Position numbers and translations under genes: made by a program. From assembly GCA_013239625.1 (NCBI GenBank), contig MU053136.1, positions 328,017-392,016 on the forward strand: 64,000 nucleotides of DNA, given 5' to 3'. Of the stretch, positions 1 through 11,556 are shown in pieces. This stretch comes from Lama guanicoe (Eukaryota). Each line of letters begins with the position of its first letter. The first letter of the stretch is position 1. A model generated the notes under the pieces. That model was not told the DNA's origin and did not search any database. It was given only the letters and a program-made list of their open reading frames with translations.

Positions 1-472
1 TAACTCCCTTGATCTTCCTGAAGCTTCAGCGCCTCCCCTTTCTCTTACTTACTAGTGGGTGAAAAATGGCCCCTCCTCTCCCATACTCCGCTAGCAGGGG
101 TCCCTCACCCCTCTCTGCCTCCTTTTCTCTGGAGGATGTGAAGGTGGGGCTCTCCCTTCAACCCCTCCCTCCACAAACACAGAAAAAGAAAAAGCCTGTT
201 CCCCTTTCCTGGGGCCCTCGGGTGGGGGTGGGGTGGGGGAGGAGGGAAGTTGGCAACAGGAAGTGAGGAGAAAAGCAAAGACGGTGAGGGAGGGAGTCAA
301 AAAAAAAAAAGAAAAACGGCTGGGGACGAGGGTTTCTTCCTCAGTACCTGGGTCACCCCAGCCAGGAGCTGGTGGTGAGAAAATGGTGGGGGAGAGAGGA
401 GGAGGTAGTTAGAGAAGACTGAGGAGGGGTACAGGCAGAATAACTACCTTTTTCTTCCCTCTTTCCTTGCAG

Positions 473-697
473 GCAAGACCCCAGCCCCTCATGTCAGAGC
501 CCCCTGTGTACTGCAACCTGGTGGACCTTCGCCGCTGCCCCCGGTCCCCGCCTCCAAACCCTGCATGCCCCCCGCTGCAGAGGCTGGATGCCTGGGAGCA
601 GCACTTGGACCCCAACTCGGGACGCTGCTTCTACATAAATTCCCTGACTGGCTGCAAATCCTGGAAGCCCCCACGCCACATTCGCACCCGAGAGATG
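473..697 (+). CDS. ARHGAP9: ARHGAP9 coding exon (WW domain); gene is 5'-truncated by the window edge
   Basis: Polypyrimidine tract + AG at 471-472, GT at 698; ARPQPLMSEPPVYCNL...WEQHLDPNSGRCFYINSLTGCKSWKPP is a WW domain recognisable as ARHGAP9. Confidence 0.95.
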
Positions 698-884
698 GTG
701 AGACTTTCCTTCCTGCTTGTCCCTTTGTCCCTTCAAACTCCTCCTTTCCCCTACTGACCCCCAAAGTAGTATGTTTTCTTGCTGGGGCTCTCAGAAGATC
801 AGAAGAATCACAAAATTGTGAGAAGGGTGTTGGAAGCCAGTTGAGGTGGCATCTGGATATAGCTTTGCCTTTCTCTTCCCCCAG

Positions 885-998
885 AACCCTGGCTCCACGG
901 AGGGAACACAGACTCTGAACAGAGACAATGGTATCCTGCAGCCTCAGGCAGAGGGCTCAGAGTCTGGCACAGGGACCCCAGAACTGCTCCACCCTCGG
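885..998 (+). CDS. ARHGAP9: ARHGAP9 coding exon
   Basis: cccag|AAC...CGG|gtgaga, 114 nt, NPGSTEGTQTLNRDNGILQPQ. Confidence 0.92.
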
Positions 999-1199
999 GT
1001 GAGATCCCTCCATCCTGATCACATGCAGGAAAAGCCATCTTTTCAGACTTTCTTTTTTATGCAAGACATCTTTCTTCAGTTCTTCAGTACCCACCACACC
1101 CCCCTGCCTCTCACCCACATCCGCACCCCTCCTCCCCCTACAGCCAGGGACTCTGAAGTTGAAGTTTCCTCCACCTGTTTCTCCAACTTCTTGCCCTAG

Positions 1200-1304
1200 G
1201 GTTCGCCTGGCCTCCACAGACGCACCTCCCAGATCGACCCCTCAGATCAACCTTCAGCCTTTCAGTCCCCCCGGCCTCTGCCACAGGTTCTGGATGACCC
1301 CCAT
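1200..1304 (+). CDS. ARHGAP9: ARHGAP9 coding exon
   Basis: cctag|GGT...CAT|gtaagt, 105 nt, GSPGLHRRTSQIDP...PLPQVLDDPH. Confidence 0.92.
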
Positions 1305-1393
1305 GTAAGTCTCCCGTTTCCTTGTGAATGCCAAGATCCTCCCTGTCCTAGCCCCCAGTTCTTGCTCCTTCAGATACATCTTCCTCTTTCTGA

Positions 1394-1597
<204 letters not shown>

Positions 1598-1691
1598 TGA
1601 GAACAGGGTACACAGCAGGGGCCCAGGTTTTTGGGTTCTGAGGGGTAGAGCAGAGTGTTGGGACAGGCCCTCCCCATGTGACTGTAAATGA

Positions 1692-2497
<806 letters not shown>

Positions 2498-2578
2498 TAG
2501 GACCCCAGCAGCAGGTTAGGAGGTGCAGATTTCTCTCTTCCAACCTCCGCCTCGAACCATCTTGCTGTGCGGATCTAG

Positions 2579-2720
2579 GATCGAGAGAACCCCCTGGAGC
2601 TGCGCCTGTCAGGCTCAGGACCGGCTGAGCTGGGGGAGCTGAGCGCCGGGGAGGACGAAGAAGAGGAGTCAGAGCGGGTGTCGAAGCCGCTACTGCGGAT
2701 CGGTGGCCGGCGGAGTTCCA
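2579..2720 (+). CDS. ARHGAP9: ARHGAP9 coding exon
   Basis: tctag|GAT...TCC A|gtaagg; DRENPLELRLSGSGPAELGELSAGEDEEEESE. Confidence 0.93.
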
Positions 2721-2812
2721 GTAAGGGGCGTCCTGGTCGGCGGGGCCTGGGGTTTCTCCCGGCTCGCGGAGCCTCGGCTGCGCTCCCGTTCTGATCCCAC
2801 ATGCCTCAGCAG

Positions 2813-2920
2813 GTCGGTGTCCCGAAGGAGCTGAGCAGAACCGCGTGCGGAACAAACTAAAGCGGCTTATCGCAAAGAGACCGCCCTTGCAAACTCTGCA
2901 GGAGCGGGGTCTGCTCCGAG
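2813..2920 (+). CDS. ARHGAP9: ARHGAP9 coding exon
   Basis: cagcag|GT...CGA G|gtgagg; EQNRVRNKLKRLIAKRPPLQTLQERGLLR; tandem acceptor makes the start 2810 or 2813. Confidence 0.92.
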
Positions 2921-3254
2921 GTGAGGTGGGCTGGGCCAGCCAGCGCCTTTCTCCTTTGTGCCTGGCTTAGCTTTTTTGCAGCAGTTTTATTTACATTCCT
3001 GATCTGGGCATCAGCCCACTTCATGGATGAGAAAACAAGTGAGGCTCAGAGTAGAGCTTCCCAGAACTAGGTCAGCAGTCTTCTAAGCCCACACCTTCCC
3101 TTCCCGCTGGGTTTTGCAAGCTGGGGGGTGTACCTCCTTGCCCAGGCCTGCAACAGGCAGGTGGAGGGCCAGCCCAGCTTTGGGGTGGAGACTTGTACTA
3201 GAAAGAGCTTCCATGGGTGTCACTTGCTTCCCACCTCATTCTGTGCCTCTCCAG

Positions 3255-3353
3255 ATCAGGTGTTTGGCTGCCAGTTGGAATCACTGTGCCAGCGTGAAGG
3301 GGACACCGTGCCCAGCTTTGTGCGGCTCTGCATTGCTGCTGTCGAGAAGAGAG
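3255..3353 (+). CDS. ARHGAP9: ARHGAP9 coding exon (RhoGAP domain)
   Basis: tccag|AT CAG GTG TTT...AGA G|gtcact; DQVFGCQLESLCQREGDTVPSFVRLCIAAVEKRG. Confidence 0.94.
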
Positions 3354-3531
3354 GTCACTTTGCTAGAGACCCCAGAGTCTCCCCTTCCAACAGGCCAAGG
3401 CCCAGAATTCCCCACCTCCCTCACCCTAGTCTTCCTTCTGCCCCTTTTCTCTCCACCCTCAGATCTCTCACCAGCCCTCAGTACACACTTTAGAGCAGAA
3501 ATCCTTATCTGCTCTCTGTCTCATCTCCTAG

Positions 3532-3609
3532 GACTAGATGTGGATGGCATTTACCGGGTGAGTGGGAACTTGGCGGTGGTCCAGAAACTTCGCTTCTTGG
3601 TGGACAGAG
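3532..3609 (+). CDS. ARHGAP9: ARHGAP9 coding exon (RhoGAP arginine finger)
   Basis: cctag|GA...AGA G|gtaaga; GLDVDGIYRVSGNLAVVQKLRFLVDR with catalytic GIYR. Confidence 0.96.
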
Positions 3610-3757
3610 GTAAGAAGGCTGTGGGCAGGTAGTGGCACTAAGAACTTCATGCCTCAGAACCACAGGTGATTCTGAGTGAGGGAGCTGGCAGAACAGGGAG
3701 GTATTCTGGCTGGAGCTGCATGTTTCAGCTGTTGATTTCTTCTCATACATGTTGCAG

Positions 3758-3811
3758 AGCGGGCGATCACCTCCGACGGGAGGTACGTGTTCCCAGAACA
3801 GCCAGGACAAG
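3758..3811 (+). CDS. ARHGAP9: ARHGAP9 coding exon (54 nt)
   Basis: tgcag|AG...CAA G|gtactt; ERAITSDGRYVFPEQPGQ. Confidence 0.9.
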
Positions 3812-4067
3812 GTACTTACCTGGAGGGTCCCTCAGACTCATAAAAGTTTCTCACATCATCCCTGCTCCTCGTGAATTCGCCCCTGTCCTGCTCCTGGGAT
3901 GGTGGTCCCCACCCCTATCTCTGCTGTCTTGCTCCACTGTGGACCCCCTAGGCAGTCCTGTAGTCTGCCTTAACTGGATCTTTTCCCAAACTCCTGAACT
4001 CTCAGTCTCTGGGTCCCTCTGGTCCTTCATGAACCCTGAGCCCCTCTGTACTTCCTTCTTCTTCCAG

Positions 4068-4202
4068 AAGGCCGATTAGATTTGGACAGTGCTGAGTGGG
4101 ATGACATTCATGTGATCACGGGAGCTCTGAAGCTTTTTCTCAGGGAGCTACCCCAGCCTCTGGTGCCCTCACTGTTGCTGCCCCATTTTCGTGCCGCCCT
4201 TG
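4068..4202 (+). CDS. ARHGAP9: ARHGAP9 coding exon (RhoGAP)
   Basis: tccag|AA GGC...CTT G|gtaaag; DIHVITGALKLFLRELPQPLVP. Confidence 0.95.
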
Positions 4203-4548
4203 GTAAAGAATCGGAGCTTTGGGCAATACCCTTGATATGGAGTGGAGGGAGGGGAGACAAGAGTGATAAAGAATAGAGGTTCCCTTACACTCTTCTGTCC
4301 CATCCTGAGCACAGAGATGGAAAATAACTTTCAACTCATGTGCCAACTCCAGTTGTTTTTTGGTGAATATTTAGAGGGCTGACTTAGAAAGAATTCTAAG
4401 GCAGCGGTTGGGCTCAGTGAAAAAGAAAGCTGTGATAAATTAATGATGTCTTCCATGGGCATGGGAGAGAGTAGTGAGTTCACCCGCCCCGCCCTACCTA
4501 GCACCTTCCCTAACCTCACCCCTGTGCCCTTCCCGTCACTCTTTCTAG

Positions 4549-4654
4549 CACTCCCAGAATCAGAACAGCGCCTCACTCAAATACAAGAATTAATAAGCTC
4601 AATGCCAAAGCCCAACCATGACACTCTGCGGTACCTCCTGGAGCATTTATGCAG
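4549..4654 (+). CDS. ARHGAP9: ARHGAP9 coding exon (RhoGAP)
   Basis: tctag|CA...TGC AG|gtcagg; QIQELISSMPKPNHDTLRYLLEHLCR. Confidence 0.95.
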
Positions 4655-5245
4655 GTCAGGAAGACTGAACATCTGTGCAGGGAGGGTGGGTGGGGCATGC
4701 AGCAGGGACTCTGTTCGGGTCAGGTGAAGGTAGGGAAACACCTAAGACTGGTGAGCAGACAGAGGAAACCAGGGTCAAAGCCTTATTTGCTCAGTCGGTA
4801 TCATTTAAATGGGGGAACTGGGGACCAAGACAAGCCCAGGGATGCTGTGAGGGAAATAAGGAAAGAAACTCTAACCTTTCACTTCCCTCTGCGTCTTTGT
4901 CTTTCATTTGGACAATATGGATGACTTACTTGGCTGAGCTGGGCCTGGACAGTGACCTCTGAGAGAGGGTAGCCATTTGAATTAAAGCCCCCCAAATTGT
5001 GAGCGGAGAGGACTCTAGGGGCAGTCTCTGAAGCTGGGAAGAGGCAAGGGCATCCTAGGTTGCGTCTTCGAGTTGTGTCCTGACCCTGGTCCCATCTCTG
5101 ACCCCCTTGAGGCTCTCTCCTTGGTTTTCATCAGCCACCACACGGGATCCTGAAGCTAACTCTGCCTCAAACTTTGAAGGCTTGGGTTTATTTGAAGTGG
5201 CAAAGCTGCTGCCCTATAGCCCTGGCTGTTGGTCTTTTCTTACAG

Positions 5246-5417
5246 GGTGATAGCACACTCAGACAAGAACCGCATGACCCCCCACAACCTGGGAATTGTG
5301 TTTGGACCAACCCTATTTCGGCCGGAGCAGGAGACATCTGACCCAGCGGCCCACTCCCTCTACCCTGGGCAGCTAGTCCAGCTGATGCTCACCGACTTCG
5401 CCAGCCTCTTCCCCTGA
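5246..5417 (+). CDS. ARHGAP9: ARHGAP9 last coding exon
   Basis: tacag|G GTG...CCC TGA; VIAHSDKNRMTPHNLGIVFGPTLFRP...FASLFP*. Confidence 0.96.
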
Positions 5418-5665
5418 CTGGGGCAGGGAAGAAGAGAAAATATGTTTCCAGTGATCTTTGCTGGGTGCCCTTTGATGGGGGTGCAGGTGGGGGTGTTCTG
5501 TTTGGGGGACATCCCTTTAAATCCTGTGTCTCCCAGATGACTGTCTGCATCTTTGTGAGTCTGAGCTGAGGGGTTGGGATAGGGTGAGGAAGCTTTTCTA
5601 AAGAAGGAAGTGGACGGATTAACCCCTGCTTCTCTAGTTCCCTGTCATCACCTCTCCTTCAAGAT

Positions 5666-5678
5666 AATAACGTATAAA
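5666..5678 (+). terminator. candidate variant poly(A) signal of ARHGAP9 (AATAAC / TATAAA)
   Basis: No canonical AATAAA seen on + between the stop (5417) and the GLI1 3' end; AATAAC at 5666 and TATAAA at 5673 are the only A-rich hexamers. Confidence 0.45.
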
Positions 5679-5703
5679 GCAGGGCTCTTTCGGATGCACC
5701 TCC

Positions 5704-5709
5704 TTTATT
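5704..5709 (-). terminator. GLI1 poly(A) signal AATAAA
   Basis: tttatt on + strand, about 185 nt past the GLI1 stop, context gtttcctgatAATAAAgg. Confidence 0.85.
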
Positions 5710-5892
5710 ATCAGGAAACAGTATCACTATCAAATTCCTCCCCAGATACATTTAGACTGTGTACAGCCCCAGCCTGTACCTCCCATCCCTGGGGCATCCC
5801 GAGGTTGGGGAGGGGGTGCTATGGCTCTTCCTCCTGACTTCTTTGTGAGGATGGAAACCCCTTAGGAAACGTGTATCTGTGATTCCCGCTCT

Positions 5893-7631
5893 CTAGGCAC
5901 TAGAGTTGAGGAATTGTGTCTCTCCAGGCAGGGATCCCAGTAAAACACTCATGTTGCCCACAGCCATGTTGGGGGGCCCAGAGGGAGGTGGGGTGTGTTC
6001 AGAGCTGTCCCTCTGATCATGGGAAGGGGGAGGACTCAGCCCCTGGGCCTCATCCAGAATAGCCACAAAGTCCAGCTGAGTGTTGTCGAGATCAAGAGTG
6101 TCCAGAGGGTTACACACCTGCCCTTCGGGAGGAGGGTACAAGGCAGGGCCCCCTCCCAGCCTGCCCACCTCAGGATGGCCACAGCTGGGGTTGGTGCCTC
6201 CGGCCTTGAGGGGCCCATAGCAAGTGGGTAGTGGGGGCAGAAGTCGGGGTGGTGCTGCTGCCCTAATGGAAGCCTTGTTTGCCCCTACTGCAAAAGTTTC
6301 ATGACATGGCGAAGGGGCAGGATAGGAGCCTGATTTGTGAGTGGGCAAGTTAGGTGCAAAGCCAGGTCCATATGTGGCCACTGGGGCCTTGGCAGGGCTC
6401 GGGCTTACCTGGGAAGCCCCTAGAAACTTGGGACTCTGGTAGAGAGATTCTTGGACTGGGGGATCTCCCCTGCCCCCACCCTCCCACAGCAGCTCCTGTT
6501 GAGACTGAACATAATTACACACAAGCTGAGCCTTGAGCTGTCCTGTAGAAGGAGTGGGGGAATCAAAATCCAAGCCAGGCCTGGGTTCTGAAGTCAGATA
6601 ATCAGGGTGTGGCTGGGTATAGGTGTCTGACTGGGGATACTGGGGAGGGGGAGGCTGGGGGTAGAACAGAGGCTGTGGGCGTGGAGGCCCGTCATTGGGG
6701 TGGGCATTGAGGCAGGGTGTCAGTCCTGTGGAGTCAGAACCCACTGGACACCCCTGTTCTGGCTTCACCTGCACCTGTCCATAATGTTCAAGACGAGGAC
6801 TCTGGCTGTAGGCTCCAGTTGGAGCCTTGGGGCCGGGGTACAGCCCAGAGTGAGAAGGGAACTCACTCCATGCTTCTGGGGTGGGTTCAGGATAGGAGAC
6901 CTGCTGGGAACAGGGGTTGGGGCCATAGTTGGTGGGTGGACCAGGCCCAAGAGACAGGGAGCCTGGATCTCTAGCCCCATAAGGCTCAGCTGTCCCCGCC
7001 TCACATCCCCCATATCCCAGAATATCAGCAGTTGGGAAGTCTATATAAGGATTCAGACCACTGCCCATCATGGAGGTCCCAACCTCTGGCTCCTCCCGTA
7101 GCCCTCTGGTATCCATGGCAACATTTTCAGTGATGCTGGGAGGCTGTGGTGAGTAGACAGATGTTGAGAGTTGGTGATCGAAGTTCCGTCCTCCCCCTGT
7201 CACTGTGGGAGGTGTATGGACACAACCCAAGCTCTTGAACCTCTGGACTCTGGCTGGGGCAGGGCGGTCAGCAGCCCGGGCTGGGTCACTGGCTCTCCGG
7301 GTGACCCCTACATTGGGGTTGTATCCTGGATACTCGACTCGGCTTCTCCAGGGAGGTGCCGGAAGACCTCCCATCCGATCCAGGCTAGGTACTGCAGTGG
7401 GTGGGGTACTACCCGCCCTGGCTGAAGCATATCTTGCCCGGAGCAGGTAGTGTTGGGCAGGCGTGAGGCCAGGTAGAGAGGATGCCCCATTCTCTGGTGG
7501 GGAGCCAGGGGGGAAAGGGGAGGCCAGGGAGGAGCGGCGGCTGACAGTATAGGCTGAGCTGATGCTGCTGGAGCTGCTGCTGCGGCGGTCAAGAGAAACT
7601 GGGGGGCCCAGACGGCGGGACACAGGGGTGC
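5893..7631 (-). CDS. GLI1: GLI1 exon 12 (PKA RRxS sites, C-terminal transactivation domain, stop)
   Basis: Acceptor at 7633-7632; GTPVSRRLGPPVSLDRRSSSSSSISSAYTVSRRSS...LDLDNTQLDFVAILDE...QFLNSSA*; 1739 nt. Confidence 0.97.
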
Positions 7632-7801
7632 CTGCAAGTGATAGGCAGAAAAGGCAGGGTCGCCAGGGAGCCCTCTGCATCTCCCCCTGCTTCCCCCATG
7701 GGATAGCCTTGCCCTGGAATCCCAGGGAAGATTCCTTAACTATAAGCACTCCGTTCTGTCTCCTGCTCCCATTCCCTTTCTGCTTCTGGGCCATCAGGAT
7801 T

Positions 7802-7970
7802 CAGGGCTGCTATGAACAGTCCTACAGGTTGTACACTGCACAATCCTGGAGGACAGCATTCATGTCGTAGACTTTGTACATCACAATAATTTTCTGACAG
7901 ATGGAAGAAAAGTGTCTTGAGGAAAAGGGACCTTTTTCTAATTGTACAAAGGTGCTACATGGCAGCCCTG
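7802..7970. mobile_element. non-autonomous hAT DNA transposon fossil (MER91-like) in GLI1 intron 11
   Basis: Terminal inverted repeats cagggctgc (7802) / gcagccctg (7970); internal ggttgtacactgcacaa resembles recalled MER91 consensus. Confidence 0.65.
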
Positions 7971-8048
7971 AAGGGTGAAGTCCTCCTTCTAGCTTCAGGG
8001 AGGGTGCAGATTTCAGCCCAGCAACCAATGCCCACACTGAGCTCTCAC

Positions 8049-8316
8049 CAGTGTGGGGCAAGCTGGGCAGTTTAAGGCCCCGGGGCCCTATCGGCCGGAG
8101 TTGATGTAGCTGGTCCAGCCTGAGGTTCTCAAGGCGGCGAAGAGTAGACAGACCAGTGCCAGCAATGCAAGGCCCCTCATCCAAGCTGGACAGGTCCTCA
8201 GTGCTGCCCCCTGCATTTCCGGTCATTTCCACACCGCTGTCTGTATTAGCTGCGCTGCCTGCTGGGGAGTGGTCACTGCTGCAGGATGACTGGGCCCCAG
8301 GGCTCGGCTGTGGCTT
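8049..8316 (-). CDS. GLI1: GLI1 exon 11 (beta-TrCP degron DSGVEM, NES)
   Basis: 268 nt, KPQPSPGAQSSCSSDHSPAGSAANTDSGVEM...LRRLENLRL; AG/GT flanks. Confidence 0.96.
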
Positions 8317-8479
8317 CTGTGGGGAAGACGAGGGCTGAGGGTGGCACCCATCCCCCTTCCCCACAGCTCCCTGAACTTGGTGAGTGGCTCAAGCCTGTGA
8401 CCCAGTGACTGCTTACGGGCGTAGAGAGGGCTGAGCAGGTGAGACAGGCAAACTGGAGGAGAGCTGTTGATGAGACGAG

Positions 8480-8720
8480 TCTAGACTACCTGGGATCAAA
8501 CTTGTGCTCTTCATTCTATGCCTCTGGACAATTTCTTTATGCCTGAGTTTCCTCATTTGAAAATGGGAAGCGTAAGTTCCTGTCTCATGACATTATTATG
8601 AGGAGTACGTGAAATTAGACAGGAAACAGCATCACTAACAAATTCCTCCCCAGATATATTTAGACTGTGTACAGCCCCAGGTAAAAGGCTTCGAGTAATA
8701 TCCTCAGTCCTATATAAGAG
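8480..8720 (+). mobile_element. MIR SINE remnant interrupted by a 61-bp insertion
   Basis: Core-like ctgagtttcctcatttgaaaatggg ... ttattatgagg, resuming as gtaaaaggctt after 8680; ends approximate. Confidence 0.65.
8620..8680. repeat. dispersed direct repeat of 5712-5772 (GLI1 3'UTR segment)
   Basis: 58 of 61 bases identical by direct comparison, no gaps. Confidence 0.95.
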
Positions 8721-8915
8721 TTTGTCGAACCAATTAAGTACTTAATTACACTAAAAACCCTAGATTTAGGGTAGCCCAAGGAATAACACTCAGATAAGAG
8801 ACTGGAGGACTGGCCACAGAAGAGAGCCTTACATAGCAGGGATGGATGAGTTGGGACGGGACTAGAAAGATGTCGGCAGGGCGGGCGGGGGTATGGAGGC
8901 AGGGGGTTGCCTCAC

Positions 8916-9146
8916 CATGGCACCCTCTGGCACGGTCAGTCTGCTCTCCTCCCTGATGGGACCTCCATCCCGCTCCCTCTTGGGCTCCACTGTGGAAAGA
9001 GCCGGTGCCCGGGGCAGAGGGCCATCCCCTCGGTGCCGCTTGGTCACGTGGGCATCAGGACCGTGCACTGTCTTGACATGTTTCCGGAGCGAACTGGGAT
9101 CTGTGTAGCGTTTGGTGCAGCCAGGGAGCTTACACACATATGGCTT
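8916..9146 (-). CDS. GLI1: GLI1 exon 10 (zinc finger 5, NLS)
   Basis: 231 nt, [28 protein letters not shown]...PEGAM. Confidence 0.97.
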
Positions 9147-9585
9147 CTGTTGAGTGGAGAGTGAAGACAGCAGGCAAAAGGATCAAAGTGGGAAAATGCA
9201 GAAGTGGGAAAAAGGGGTGGCCCCAAGCGAGGACAAGGGGGGCCAGGGGGGAATGCATAGCACCCAAGGAAGGACGGAGGAGTAGGGCCCTTGGAGTAAA
9301 AGATGAGAGGATCAAGGGGAAGATTAGGAAAACTGACAGCCCAGCTGGGGAAAGCCGAGGGGCTGAACCCAGGTCTGCGAGGCCTCATAAATTCAGGGTT
9401 GAAGGGACCAGGGGTCTCCTCCGGATAGAGTGGGTCTATTCTAGTTTAGCCCTTTGGCTAGTTAGAGGTAGGGGGAGGGGTGTTAGGTGGACAGTTGCAG
9501 TTTCAGAAAGGCCTTCTCCAGGTGAACTATGTGGGTGGGGAGGACTCACCTCTGTGGAGTGGGTGCTGGGCTAAGGGATTTCTTA

Positions 9586-9813
<228 letters not shown>

Positions 9814-10416
9814 CTAGGGGATATGGGGGTCAAAGGATCGCTCTCAGACAGAAGGACATGGAGATTAGAGGACCCCTGAATCTCAAAAGGGACATGTATC
9901 AGAGAATATAACTCAAGATGGAAGAGCTTTGGAGCTTTGAAATTCCCAAAATTTAGGGACAAGGGCAGGCAAGAGCTGGGGGAACAGAAGTAGCTGGAGG
10001 CCCTCTGCCTGCTGGGATGTGGAGATGATGCAGTGAGCATTGCCTGCTCAAGCCAGAGCACATCTCCCTGCACAGGCAGCCCAGATTGTCTTAGGATGGG
10101 GTCATCCTGGGAGGCTCTGTGTCCTCAGTCCAGGGTTTCTCCAGGGTTTCAGGCACAGTGCCTGCAAGTCAAATGTCCACAAAAATGTTTTAATTTCTTT
10201 TAAAAACAAGGGAAAAAAATTAGCTTTTAGGTCCAAGGAAATGTTCTAATATATAACATTAATGTTTATCTTTATACCAACAGATTCATAAGATACAATT
10301 CTTAAATACATTTATGGAGAAAGGGGCCTATGAAGGCAAAAGTCATATTGGGCTCTGCCTTGGTGGGGAGCCCCAATTTAGGGAGGGACCCTGAACTTGA
10401 GGAGGGGGTGCCTCAC

Positions 10417-10566
10417 CGTGCACTTGTGTGGCTTCTCGCCTGTGTGTCTGCGCATGTGCACCACCAACATGTACTGGGCTTTGAAGGGCCTCAGCTCCCT
10501 GGAGCAGCCCCCCCAATGGCACACGAACTCCTTCCGCTCTCCGTGGATGTGCTCGCTGTTGATGTG
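10417..10566 (-). CDS. GLI1: GLI1 exon 8 (zinc fingers 1-3)
   Basis: 150 nt, [50 protein letters not shown]. Confidence 0.97.
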
Positions 10567-10889
10567 CTGAAGGAGAAGATGCAGAGGCTCTCCAAGGTTC
10601 CTTATGCCCCTGAGATCCAGAACAGGCCTTCTCTTGACCTCCCACCTCACATCTTTCCGTGGCTCCCCTTCATGGGGGGAGAAGGGGCAGGAAGAACCTC
10701 AGAGCCCACATCTCTGTTCTTCCAAGTTCCTAAAACAAAGCTACAGCTCCTGAGTTTCTGCCTACACAGGTAAGCACTCAACCTGTGACCTCAATATCCT
10801 CTGACCTGCTCTTACCCTGATTCCCCCATGTCCCACCCAGAGTGTCCTATAGGCTCTGGCCAGCATTCCTGTTACCCCCTGGGGCTCAC

Positions 10890-11027
10890 GTGCACCAGTT
10901 GCTCCTGGGAATCGAATTCCTGACTGCAGCCATCCCACCGGCAGTCAGTCTCATACACAGAATCAGGCTCAGGCTTCTCATCTCTCTCCAGGTCCTCCCG
11001 CCCATCCAGCATCCCCAGCAGGGGATC
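10890..11027 (-). CDS. GLI1: GLI1 exon 7 (zinc finger 1 start)
   Basis: 138 nt, DPLLGMLDGREDLE...VYETDCRWDGCSQEFDSQEQLVH. Confidence 0.96.
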
Positions 11028-11117
11028 CTAGGGCAGGAGAGAAAATCCTAGGGTCACCTGAGTGACAGCTTTTGTTTCATTCAGTTTCCAGAGGTAAAGT
11101 TCCCCGCCCCCTCTTAC

Positions 11118-11207
11118 CTGTGTGCCTGTGGAGTTGGGGCTGGACATATCACCTTCCAAGGGTTCCTCTGGGCACTTGCTAACCAGCACATCCAGCTCAG
11201 ACTTCAG
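11118..11207 (-). CDS. GLI1: GLI1 exon 6
   Basis: 90 nt, LKSELDVLVSKCPEEPLEGDMSSPNSTGTQ. Confidence 0.95.
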
Positions 11208-11556
11208 CTACCCAAGGGAAGAGATGAGGATGATGAAGGGAGAAGTGGGCAGAAGGAAGAGGGAGCCCAGCCAGGTCTTCCTGCCCTGAGTGCCCCCACC
11301 CAAGCAGCTGGAACCTCTGGGTTTGGAAGCGACTTCCTCCTTAGACTGCACTGGTGAATGGGATGGGCAAATGGTGGGATCTCACTTGGAAGCCTGATTC
11401 AACCCTAAGGAGTGAACCCTGGCACCCAAACCCCTTTATTTTTCTGGCACTGAAAACTTTTATACCCCTTGTTCTTCCATCACCTTTCCCCTAAAAAGTC
11501 CACCACACACCCACCCTGAGCTGAGGGAAATCAAATGGCAATATGAGGACTCTCAC

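Noticed and set aside
7632..7794. N-terminal 54 aa of the 633-aa ORF
   Set aside because: Open frame running into intron 11; the real exon starts at the acceptor at 7631. The same applies to the ORF extensions at 19430-19529 and 25173-25182.
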